Shown piece by piece: positions 10,054 through 18,875 of a stretch of DNA of 64,000 nucleotides (the first letter of the stretch is position 1; every line of letters begins with the position of its first letter). The stretch is taken from the NCBI GenBank assembly GCA_025059805.1, contig JANXDG010000030.1:10646-74645 (forward strand). Direction: 5' to 3'. The notes beneath the pieces are model-generated. The model saw nothing but the letters and a program-made list of their open reading frames with translations. It was not told where the DNA came from and made no database searches. This DNA comes from Endomicrobiia bacterium (GTDB lineage: Bacteria > Elusimicrobiota > Endomicrobiia > DTEH01). The position numbers and the translations under genes are program-made.

Positions 10054-11011
10054 CTCCAACAATTTCTTCTAAAATATCTTCTAAAGTAACAATACCAAGA
10101 TACCTTTGATGTTCATCTTCTACAACTGCGATGTGTACTTGTTCATTTTGCATTTTTTTCAAAACATCTTTTGCTTTCCAGTTTAAGTTTACCTTTAATA
10201 TCGGATGAACGATGTCTAAAATATTACATTCATAGCTTGAACATATGTAAAACAGATCTTTTACTAAAATATAACCTAATATTCGCTCTTTATTTCCTTC
10301 ATAAACAGGCACTCGTGTCCTACCAGTGTCTATGACTTCATTGATAATTTCCTCTAAATTTCTGTTAGCGATATTTACAGATAGAACTCGTTCTTTCGGA
10401 ACAAATATGTCTTTAATTCTAACATCATCAAACCTTGTTACACGGTCAAAAAGTTCAGCTATATCTTTTCGTTCAAATATTACCTTTGCTGAATCGCTCA
10501 GTAAACGTTTTAACTCATCCATTCTAGTAAAATGTGCAGTGGTCTCATCGCTTGCAGCAAGTTTCTTTTCAACAAAGAAAAGTACTGGAGAAAATATAGC
10601 AAAAACTATATATTGCAAAATTGTTAATGGATATATGGCTAAAGTTGAAATCGTTTCTGTTAATCTTCTTGCTACTAACTTAGGTAATAATTCGCAAAAA
10701 ACAATGATAACCGACGTTGTTGCCAACCAAATTATTGCTTCTTTTAGTTCTTCGTTAATGAATAATAATTGTGGCTTAAAAATTCTTGTTATTACTGTAC
10801 TAAACCATAAGTTTACTATAGTATTTCCAATCAATATCGTAATAATTATCCTGTAGGGTTTAACAACCCATAGTTTAAAAGGGAATCGTAAAATACGATG
10901 TTTAACATACAGTTTCTTTAGCCTGTAATCACTCAACGAAGTTAACGCAGCTTCACTTCCTGAAAACCAAAATGATAAAAACATTAAGAATAAAAGATAT
11001 ACTAATGTCAT
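10013..11011 (-). CDS. CNNM/DUF21 + CBS pair protein lacking the CorC_HlyC C-terminal domain
   Basis: FWFSGSEAALTSL CNNM motif and a CBS pair; only 332 aa, ending after the CBS domains. 4-nt overlap with ybeY. Confidence 0.72.
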   Translation of the reverse strand: MTLVYLLFLMFLSFWFSGSEAALTSLSDYRLKKLYVKHRILRFPFKLWVVKPYRIIITILIGNTIVNLWFSTVITRIFKPQLLFINEELKEAIIWLATTSVIIVFCELLPKLVARRLTETISTLAIYPLTILQYIVFAIFSPVLFFVEKKLAASDETTAHFTRMDELKRLLSDSAKVIFERKDIAELFDRVTRFDDVRIKDIFVPKERVLSVNIANRNLEEIINEVIDTGRTRVPVYEGNKERILGYILVKDLFYICSSYECNILDIVHPILKVNLNWKAKDVLKKMQNEQVHIAVVEDEHQRYLGIVTLEDILEEIVGDVLDEYDIRIAGK

Positions 11012-11433
11012 AAAGATGTTAATTTTGGCAATATTTTGTTTGCTTTCTCGTACATTTGCTGTCGTTGTTTGATTGTGTTATCCCGCATACCTTTGAAATG
11101 TAAGAACCCATGCACTAACACAAATAACAACTCTTCTTCTGGTTTTACTCCATAATATTCAGCATTTTTTTCTACTTGTGTCAAAGAAATTATTATATCG
11201 CCACAATACTTATCATACTTAAAACATAATACATCAGTTGGTCCTTCTAACCGTAAATATCTTTTATTCAACTCTGTTATCTCAGAATTATCAACAAAAA
11301 CAATATTTAATTCTAACTTATTTCTTGTATCTCGGTTCCCGAATAAAAAATCTATAATTTTGCTTATTATTTTTTTAAGACGGTTCGGATGAATTATTCT
11401 TTTAGCAGTTTTATATATTAATTCCACAGGCAT
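11008..11433 (-). CDS. ybeY: rRNA maturation endoribonuclease YbeY
   Basis: 141 aa with the HGFLHFKGMRD zinc-binding motif (HGxLHLxGYDH consensus). Sits in the classic phoH-ybeY-corC arrangement. Confidence 0.85.
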   Translation of the reverse strand: MPVELIYKTAKRIIHPNRLKKIISKIIDFLFGNRDTRNKLELNIVFVDNSEITELNKRYLRLEGPTDVLCFKYDKYCGDIIISLTQVEKNAEYYGVKPEEELLFVLVHGFLHFKGMRDNTIKQRQQMYEKANKILPKLTSL

Positions 11434-11442
11434 ATATAAAAG

Positions 11443-12999
11443 TTATCTACTGCTATTCTGTTGTGTTCTAAGATGGTAAAAACTTATTAACATCTGTATT
11501 ATTATGTTAGATATAACATATATATCTCGTAGTGTTAAAGGTACTTCGTCAAACTGACCATCTAAAAATTTCGTATTTATAACACGTTCCACAGTTTCTT
11601 TAATTTTTTGTGGACTAGGTTCTTGTATAGCTCTACATGCAGCTTCACAGGAATCACATATCATTATTATTGCAGCTTCTTTAGTTTGAGGTTTTGGTCC
11701 AAGATAACGTATAATGTCTTTATCAAACAATTCTAAAGTTTTCTCATAAAGGCCATAAATTACAGAGTTGCCATGATGTTGTTCAATAATGTCAACAATG
11801 GACTTGCCTAATTTGTATTTACGTGCAAGTTTTACTCCTTCTTTTACATGATTTATGATAACTAACGCAGATAACGATGGATTTATCTCTGTATGTGGGT
11901 TTTGCATTGATATTTGATTTTCAATAAAATATTCTGGCTGTACAATTTTACCGACATCATGATAATATCCTGCAACTTTACATAACAACTGGTTTAGTCC
12001 AATTTTTGTAGCTACCGTCTCAGCTAACGATGCTACAAGTAACGAATGGTGATAAGTACCTGGTGCTTCAGTCATCAAACGTTTTAGCAACGGATGGTTA
12101 AAATTTGCCAGTTCCATAAGTTTAAGATTTGTTGTACATTGATAAACAGACTCAAACAGTGACAACAATAAAGTTACTAGTAGCCAGTTTGTCAGTCCAT
12201 TAATAGTAAAAATCATTGCAATATTTATTAAACTACTATGTGCGTTTTTCGCATAAAACGCTAAAGATATATGCAAGTTTAGTAAACTTCTAACCTCATT
12301 GTATCTTATCAATTGAAGTGACACTGCTAAGAGGTAATTTATCAGAGTTGACTTCACAATTGTGTGTATCATGTTGTGCCTGGAAAATATTTTTTCAACT
12401 TGGGTTAGAACATACATAGAACTCAATATATAGAAAATTGTATGATAAAACATTTCAGTATTTAAGTCAGCGTATATATACACACATAATAATGCATTAA
12501 CTATTATAAAAACCACAGCCCACCATATGTTTAACAGAAGCGATACTAAAATTACAAATCCAGTTAGTGGTAGTAAGTAAAAATTTAAATTGTTAATTTT
12601 TAAAAATATGACAAAAACTATCTGTAACAATGAAATTGTTAGTACTATAACTAAATTTCTTCTATACTGTTCATAATTTAATTGTGACATTTCTATAAAT
12701 TTTTTGACAAAATATTTTAATATTATTTTAACACATATATAGATGATACAAAATAAACCAAGTATCCTTATCAAGATTTCAAACCGCGATGTTTGTCCCA
12801 AAGTAAAACTTTTCATTATAACTTCTATAGTCAAAATAATCAGCAGCAGTAAACCTAATACTTCATCGGGAAGAGAAAATTTATGTTTCGTTGTAATTTT
12901 AACTCTTTGTTCTATACGAAACTTTTGTTCTAGTTGTTCTATTTTGCTAATTAAACTTAATAAAACAGGTTTAAGTCTTATAAATAATTTATTGAACAT
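11443..12999 (-). CDS. pgpH: 7TM-receptor HD-domain phosphohydrolase (PgpH/YqfF-like, putative c-di-AMP phosphodiesterase)
   Basis: N-terminal polytopic TM region followed by an HD domain (YHDVGKIVQPEYFIENQ...EQHHG). Lies downstream of phoH as in many Firmicutes and Thermotogae. Confidence 0.78.
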   Translation of the reverse strand: MFNKLFIRLKPVLLSLISKIEQLEQKFRIEQRVKITTKHKFSLPDEVLGLLLLIILTIEVIMKSFTLGQTSRFEILIRILGLFCIIYICVKIILKYFVKKFIEMSQLNYEQYRRNLVIVLTISLLQIVFVIFLKINNLNFYLLPLTGFVILVSLLLNIWWAVVFIIVNALLCVYIYADLNTEMFYHTIFYILSSMYVLTQVEKIFSRHNMIHTIVKSTLINYLLAVSLQLIRYNEVRSLLNLHISLAFYAKNAHSSLINIAMIFTINGLTNWLLVTLLLSLFESVYQCTTNLKLMELANFNHPLLKRLMTEAPGTYHHSLLVASLAETVATKIGLNQLLCKVAGYYHDVGKIVQPEYFIENQISMQNPHTEINPSLSALVIINHVKEGVKLARKYKLGKSIVDIIEQHHGNSVIYGLYEKTLELFDKDIIRYLGPKPQTKEAAIIMICDSCEAACRAIQEPSPQKIKETVERVINTKFLDGQFDEVPLTLRDIYVISNIIIQMLISFYHLRTQQNSSR

Positions 13000-13949
13000 T
13001 ATTTATTTTCACCTTCCCATTTTTCGTACGCTTTTACTATTTTTTTTACCAATTTGTGCCTTACTATATCTTCTTCAGTAAAATATACGAACTTAATTTC
13101 TTCTATATCTTTAAGTATCTTAGTTATCAGCACCAAACCAGAAGTAGTTTTATAGTCAAGATCAATTTGAGTAATGTCTCCAGTAATAACCAGTTGCGAG
13201 TTGTATCCTAACCTTGTTAAAAACATTTTCATCTGTTCCGGTGTAGTATTTTGTCCTTCGTCAAGAATTATAAACGCATCATTTAAAGTTCTGCCACGCA
13301 TATAAGCCAAGGGTATTATTTCAATTATTTCTTCGTCAAGGTATCGTTTGAACTTATCAGGTCCAAGCATTACAAAAAATGCGTCATACAAAGGTTTCAA
13401 ATATGGATTTATCTTATCGTACAGGTCACCTGGTAAAAATCCAAGTCTTTCACCAGCTTCTACTACTGGTCGCGTAAGTACAACTTTATAAACATCACCA
13501 CGGTCAAGTTTAATCAAAGCTGACATTACTGCAAGAAATGTTTTGCCTGTCCCAGCTGGACCTATCGCTACGACTATATCGTATTCATCCATTAGTTCCA
13601 CATATAATTTTTGTGTTGACGTCTTGGGTTTAATAATTTCTCCATCATACGCAAGGTATTCATATTTTTTAACAAGTGATCTCCTTGATTCTTCTTCAGA
13701 AAGCACAGATTTTTTATGTAAATCAGTTGCTGCAAGTTTCCCGGATGAGATGTTTAAAATAAAATTATATGCACGTTCTACATTTTCTTTTGAACCTACT
13801 ATGTTTATTTCAAATCCTTCTTCGTCAGGTAACGGATAGTAATAAATTTCTACATTACTATGTTTCTCAATGTATCTAATATTCTTATCCTGTTCACCAA
13901 TTAAGTTTAGTAGTTCCTTTTGGTTTTTAACATATATTTTTTTCTTCAT
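12999..13949 (-). CDS. phoH: PhoH-family ATPase (YbeZ-like)
   Basis: Walker A VVAIGPAGTGKTFLAV and overall PhoH-like sequence. Confidence 0.88.
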   Translation of the reverse strand: MKKKIYVKNQKELLNLIGEQDKNIRYIEKHSNVEIYYYPLPDEEGFEINIVGSKENVERAYNFILNISSGKLAATDLHKKSVLSEEESRRSLVKKYEYLAYDGEIIKPKTSTQKLYVELMDEYDIVVAIGPAGTGKTFLAVMSALIKLDRGDVYKVVLTRPVVEAGERLGFLPGDLYDKINPYLKPLYDAFFVMLGPDKFKRYLDEEIIEIIPLAYMRGRTLNDAFIILDEGQNTTPEQMKMFLTRLGYNSQLVITGDITQIDLDYKTTSGLVLITKILKDIEEIKFVYFTEEDIVRHKLVKKIVKAYEKWEGENK

Positions 13950-13972
13950 GAAAAAATTTGACTCCTTGTTAA

Positions 13973-15733
13973 TTATTCGTCAAAATTAAGTTTAATTTTT
14001 AGTTCGTCAAGTTGACGTTTGTTTACTTCTGAAGGAGCACCTGTCAAAAGACAAAATCCTTTCTGTGTTTTAGGGAAAGCTATAACATCACGTATTGATT
14101 CAGAATTAGTAATGATTGCAAGCAGCCTGTCAAATCCCAGTGCTATCCCACCATGTGGTGGTGCACCGTAAGATAAGGCTTCAAGTAAAAATCCAAACCT
14201 ATCATTAATTTCTTGTTCATCTAAATTAAGAATACGAAATATTTTTCTTTGTAGATTAGGATCATGAATTCTTATACTTCCTCCACCTAATTCTATACCG
14301 TTTAATACTATATCATATGCACGTGACCGTACTTCTGATGGATTTTCGTCTAACAGTTGTAAATCTTCCTGTTTGGGTGAGGTAAATGGATGATGAACAC
14401 TTACTAAACGATTTTCTTCTTCTGAAAATTCAAATAATGGAAAATCTACCACCCATACAAATTTGTATTCATCTTTTTTTATAAGATTTAATTCTTTTGC
14501 AACTTTTTGTCTAACCAAGCCTAAAAGTTCACAACTTTTCTTATGTTCACCTGCAGAAAAGAATAGTATCTCGCCACCTTTAAGATTTAATCTTTGCGAC
14601 AGATTATTTAATTCCTTCTCTGAAAAGAATTTTACTATGTTTGATTCAAACTTTTCCCCGTCGTATTTCATCCATGCAAGTCCTTCACCGCCACAACTTT
14701 TCGCAAATTCTATGTATTTATCAATCATTTGTCTTGTAAAAAACTCACCTTGTGGTACAACAATAACATTCACTTCACCATGGTTAGAAATTATGTTCCT
14801 AAAAACTTTAAATTCAGTATTAATAAATACATCAGTAACATTATTTATTTCAAACCCATACCTTAGATCTGGCTTATCCGTACCATACCTGGAAATTGCC
14901 TGTTGGTATGAAATACGATAAAACTGTATTTTTAACGAACCACCGGATATATATTCAAAAATTTTTGATAATAAACTTTCGGTAATAGACATAACATCAT
15001 CTTCTGTAACAAAAGAAAGTTCGTAGTCAATCTGTGTAAACTCAGGCTGTCTATCAGCACGAAGGTCTTCATCACGAAAACAACGGACAATTTGGAAATA
15101 TTTATCAACCCCGGCTATCATAAGGATTTGTTTAAACAGTTGTGGTGATTGCGGTAACGCGTAAAATGTCCCAGGGTTTAACCTAGAAGGTACTAAAAAA
15201 TCGCGTGCTCCTTCAGGTGTTGATTTTGTAAGAAAAGGTGTCTCAACTTCTATAAAACCTTCATTAACAAAAAAATTTCTTATCACTGCCATTAAACTGC
15301 TACGAAGTTTCAACATATTCAACATTTCTTGTCTGCGTATGTCAAGATAACGATATTTTAATCTAAGTTCTTCGGATACCTCAGCATATTCTGTAACTTC
15401 AAATGGTAAAACTTTTGAAGTATTTATGATTTCTAAATCTTTACATAAGATTTCAACTTCACCTGTTGGTATCTTAGTATTTTCAGTACCTTCGGGCCTT
15501 CTTCTTACAATACCACAAATTTTTATTACATATTCACTTCTTAACTTTTCTGCTTTACTAAATAACTCTTTATCTTCTGGTTGAAACACTATTTGTACAA
15601 CTCCTTCCCTATCTCTAAGATCTACAAATATTACTCCGCCATGGTCACGTCTTGAATGTACCCAGCCATATAGGCAAATTTCGTTTCCAATGTGACTGCT
15701 GTTAATCTGTCCACAATATAATCTTTTTTGCAT
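13973..15733 (-). CDS. aspS: Aspartate--tRNA ligase
   Basis: 586 aa; CGQINSSHIGNEICLYGWVHSRRDHGGVIFVDLRDREG is the N-terminal OB anticodon-binding domain, followed by class II catalytic-core motifs. Confidence 0.92.
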   Translation of the reverse strand: MQKRLYCGQINSSHIGNEICLYGWVHSRRDHGGVIFVDLRDREGVVQIVFQPEDKELFSKAEKLRSEYVIKICGIVRRRPEGTENTKIPTGEVEILCKDLEIINTSKVLPFEVTEYAEVSEELRLKYRYLDIRRQEMLNMLKLRSSLMAVIRNFFVNEGFIEVETPFLTKSTPEGARDFLVPSRLNPGTFYALPQSPQLFKQILMIAGVDKYFQIVRCFRDEDLRADRQPEFTQIDYELSFVTEDDVMSITESLLSKIFEYISGGSLKIQFYRISYQQAISRYGTDKPDLRYGFEINNVTDVFINTEFKVFRNIISNHGEVNVIVVPQGEFFTRQMIDKYIEFAKSCGGEGLAWMKYDGEKFESNIVKFFSEKELNNLSQRLNLKGGEILFFSAGEHKKSCELLGLVRQKVAKELNLIKKDEYKFVWVVDFPLFEFSEEENRLVSVHHPFTSPKQEDLQLLDENPSEVRSRAYDIVLNGIELGGGSIRIHDPNLQRKIFRILNLDEQEINDRFGFLLEALSYGAPPHGGIALGFDRLLAIITNSESIRDVIAFPKTQKGFCLLTGAPSEVNKRQLDELKIKLNFDE

Positions 15734-15776
15734 AAAATATCAGTCCCCTTAGTTTGACAGTTAAAAATTCTAAATC

Positions 15777-16520
15777 TTACTTTATCTGAACATCATACCT
15801 TCTTGTTCTTAATTTTGCCCATTCCCAACAATATTCGTACAAATGTAACCCTTTTGATGAAACTATAATTTCGCCATTACCTACTCCAATCTCTGACGCC
15901 ATATATTGCTTTAACAATTCCATACCTGCAAGGTTTGACGGCATCCCTCCCCATAAGTCCCATGAACGAAAATAGATTATAAAATGCAACTTGTTATATC
16001 TGATCCTTGTATCAATTATCCTGCAACATGGCGGATCTTTAAGTTTAATGTCCGTAGGCATACCAATCTCAAGTGTACATTGGTTAGTTTCATAACCCTC
16101 GGTTTTATAAATATTTATTACTTCTTGAATGGGATTTATCTTGCAAACAATCTCTTTTTCTTTACCATTCTCATCAAGAATTTTTATTTTTGGATTTACT
16201 AATCGTTCACCATATGTATAATCTTCAGTCGCGGTTTTCTCATCAGTTAGGAGATAATTTAAATACTGTTGAACATATTCCATAGAAGTTGGTGCTGGTA
16301 TCCCACAACCTTCAGGGATAATAGGTATTATCTGGTGTTCCGGTTTACGTACGCGTATCACAACATAATCAAATTCTAACCTACGTTGCCCTTTATAACT
16401 GCCTCTTTCAACTGTGTATACATATCCATACTGCAAAATTTTGTCTAAACATTGATACCAGGCATCGTCAAGGTCAAACGCGTCAATAAAAACAGGTGTC
16501 AAAAATTTTTCTTCTTTCAT
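15777..16520 (-). CDS. Thymidylate synthase family protein, short archaeal-type (ThyA-like / possible pyrimidine hydroxymethylase)
   Basis: 247 aa. The C-terminal half aligns by eye to the ThyA catalytic core: PCC (ThyA PCH nucleophile), FRSWD (QRSCD), GMPSNLAGMELL (GLPFNIASYALL), KGLHLYE (GDTHLYSNH). Too short for canonical bacterial ThyA (about 264-320 aa), so archaeal-type. Confidence 0.6.
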   Translation of the reverse strand: MKEEKFLTPVFIDAFDLDDAWYQCLDKILQYGYVYTVERGSYKGQRRLEFDYVVIRVRKPEHQIIPIIPEGCGIPAPTSMEYVQQYLNYLLTDEKTATEDYTYGERLVNPKIKILDENGKEKEIVCKINPIQEVINIYKTEGYETNQCTLEIGMPTDIKLKDPPCCRIIDTRIRYNKLHFIIYFRSWDLWGGMPSNLAGMELLKQYMASEIGVGNGEIIVSSKGLHLYEYCWEWAKLRTRRYDVQIK

Positions 16521-17332
16521 ATACCAACCTGAGACAAATTAAAATTCTTTGTATAAGTTTCACCATCTTCTGTTTTTAACTCTACTGTAACCAATTCTTT
16601 TATGCAATCAATACCAATTACTTTACCTTCACCGTCTGGAGTTTTTATTTTACCACCTATTTTAGGAAATTTCTCAACTGCTTCTTTATAAAATTGATAT
16701 TCATAAAAAAGACAACATTTTAATCTATTACATAAACCTGACAATTTTGGTATGTTTAAAGTAAGTTGTTGAACTTTTGCCATTTCAACAGAAATAGACT
16801 CAAATTTTTTTATCCAACGTTTACAACAAAGTTCATATCCACAAACTCCGATACCGCCTAAAATCTTTGTTTCATCACGTACTCCAATTTGTTTCATCTC
16901 AATTCGTATTTTGAACTTATGTGCTAATTCATGTATTAACTTTTTTAGATTAACTGGTTTTTCTTGTGTGTAATATACATAAAGTTTAGTTCTGTCAAAA
17001 GAATAAAGTGCTTGTACAACTTTTATTGGTAGATCATAGTTTTTAACGACTTGTTTTATAGTTTTAAGAACTTCTTGAGACTTTTGTAAATTCTCTTTTA
17101 TACGCTGAATGTCTTGTTGGTTAACTTTACGTATAAGTTTATAAAGATTTTTTTTGTCAATTTTGCTTTCTTCTACTATCTTTTCTTCAGAACTAACAAC
17201 ACCAACATCATATGTATTTTCAATAAAAACAACTACTTTATCACCTATTTTAAGATCAATCTTTTCTATATTTTCTGCTAAAACTTCCTTGCTATCACTA
17301 AGTTTAACATTAACTATATGTCGTTGGTGCAT
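16517..17332 (-). CDS. ricT: PSP1-domain protein RicT/YaaT
   Basis: PSP1 C-terminal region with conserved Cys cluster (GVCGYELCCKRW...SGLCNRLKCC). Sits in the conserved position downstream of holB. Confidence 0.75.
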   Translation of the reverse strand: MHQRHIVNVKLSDSKEVLAENIEKIDLKIGDKVVVFIENTYDVGVVSSEEKIVEESKIDKKNLYKLIRKVNQQDIQRIKENLQKSQEVLKTIKQVVKNYDLPIKVVQALYSFDRTKLYVYYTQEKPVNLKKLIHELAHKFKIRIEMKQIGVRDETKILGGIGVCGYELCCKRWIKKFESISVEMAKVQQLTLNIPKLSGLCNRLKCCLFYEYQFYKEAVEKFPKIGGKIKTPDGEGKVIGIDCIKELVTVELKTEDGETYTKNFNLSQVGI

Positions 17333-18216
17333 ATTTGCCTTAACCTTACTAAAAAAGTCTCCAAAAGTATTCTATAGTCAATATTGTATCTAAATTCTTT
17401 TATATAACTCTCTACTTCGTCAAGAAATTGAAAATATCCTTCGTTAAAATTAAAGTTCTTATCTAAAAAGTTTTCAAATAGACTCAACAAAAAATATTTT
17501 GCAAAATTTTTATCTACAACAACATCATCCAAAACTCTTTGTAAATCAAACAATGTGGAACCAAAAATATTAATATCTAAATTTTTAAAACGTTTTGTAT
17601 ATTCAATTTCTTCTATTGACCCCAAAACAGAAGTTTCTGGTAACATATTATCTTTTACAATCTCATTTATTGTTTTTTTATCCAATGGCAAAAATTTCAC
17701 TTGTTGACACCGAGATAATACAGTTTTTGGCAAAAGACCAATTGATGTTGTTATAAGGATAACAACACAATTAATTGGTGGTTCTTCTAAAAGTTTTAGT
17801 AGAGAATTAGCAGCATCTCTTTGTAAGGTTTCTGCCGAATCAATTATAACAACTTTGTATTTATTTGAAAATGATGTCAATGAACAAAAATGTTTCACAT
17901 ATCTTATAGTATCTATACTTATTACGTTGGCTTTTTCTGTTTTCTCAAGTAATCTATCTTGAAAGTCAAAATCTACAACTATGACATCAGGATGTATTTT
18001 ATCATCCACTTGTATACAAGTATCACATTTATCACAACTATACCCTTCATATGGTTTTTCACACATTAAAGATTTTACAAACTGAATTGCAGTAAACTTT
18101 TTCCCTACCCCTTTTACACCATAAAATATGTATGAATGTTTAACACTTCCAGATTTTATATCGTTTAATAATAAGTTTATTGCATATTCTTGACCAAAAA
18201 CATCTTTGAAGCTCAT
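17314..18216 (-). CDS. holB: DNA polymerase III delta-prime subunit
   Basis: AAA+ Walker A FYGVKGVGKKFTA and a zinc-module-like CDKCDTCIQV. Lies downstream of tmk. Confidence 0.8.
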   Translation of the reverse strand: MSFKDVFGQEYAINLLLNDIKSGSVKHSYIFYGVKGVGKKFTAIQFVKSLMCEKPYEGYSCDKCDTCIQVDDKIHPDVIVVDFDFQDRLLEKTEKANVISIDTIRYVKHFCSLTSFSNKYKVVIIDSAETLQRDAANSLLKLLEEPPINCVVILITTSIGLLPKTVLSRCQQVKFLPLDKKTINEIVKDNMLPETSVLGSIEEIEYTKRFKNLDINIFGSTLFDLQRVLDDVVVDKNFAKYFLLSLFENFLDKNFNFNEGYFQFLDEVESYIKEFRYNIDYRILLETFLVRLRQICTNDI

Positions 18217-18239
18217 TTTTTACTACATTATATTATGAC

Positions 18240-18875
18240 TCAGAGTTTAAACTTTCTTTTTAATATATTTACGATAATATCATGTACTTCTTGCGAAGAT
18301 TTATTGTTAACATCTATTATGTAAAAATTCTTTCTACGATTAGCAAGTTTTAAATATCCTTCACGAATCTTGTGATGAAACTCAAGATCTTCCTTTTCCA
18401 TCCTATCAAAATTTTTTGTTCTGTTTTTGATTCTTGACAATCCTTCATCTGGATGGATATCTAAAATAAATGTTATATCTGGCGTTATACCTCCTACAAC
18501 TAAACGATTCAAAGTTTCAACAAATTTCATCCCTAAACCACGTGCATATCCTTGATAAACAACAGAAGCATCAGCAAATCTATCAGAGATAACAATTTTG
18601 TTTTCTTTCAAACTTGGAGCGATAACTTCAGCAATATGTTGTGCTCGTGCTGCTTCATACAACAACAATTCCGCCATTGGTGTTATTTGCAACCTTGGCG
18701 AAAGTATAATTTTTCTTACCATTTCAGCCATTTTTGTCCCACCAGGTTCCCTTGTTAAAACTACATCGTAACCTTTTTGCTTCAGATGTTCACACAACAG
18801 TTTTGCTTGCGTTGACTTTCCACCACCTTCTGGTCCGTCAAAAACTATAAATAATTTTCTTTGTGTTTTTCTCAT
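18240..18875 (-). CDS. tmk: Thymidylate kinase
   Basis: LFIVFDGPEGGGKSTQAKLL P-loop with a DRF/DR motif; 211 aa. Confidence 0.9.
   Translation of the reverse strand: MRKTQRKLFIVFDGPEGGGKSTQAKLLCEHLKQKGYDVVLTREPGGTKMAEMVRKIILSPRLQITPMAELLLYEAARAQHIAEVIAPSLKENKIVISDRFADASVVYQGYARGLGMKFVETLNRLVVGGITPDITFILDIHPDEGLSRIKNRTKNFDRMEKEDLEFHHKIREGYLKLANRRKNFYIIDVNNKSSQEVHDIIVNILKRKFKL

Noticed and set aside
10326-10856. Plus-strand 176-aa ORF
   Set aside because: Antisense to the CNNM gene 10013..11011, which has clear domain signatures.
14463-14921. Plus-strand 152-aa ORF
   Set aside because: Antisense to aspS.
15777-16520. Annotating the ThyA-like ORF as canonical bacterial thymidylate synthase thyA
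   Set aside because: At 247 aa it is shorter than canonical ThyA and its N-terminal half is divergent. It was kept as a family-level call only.
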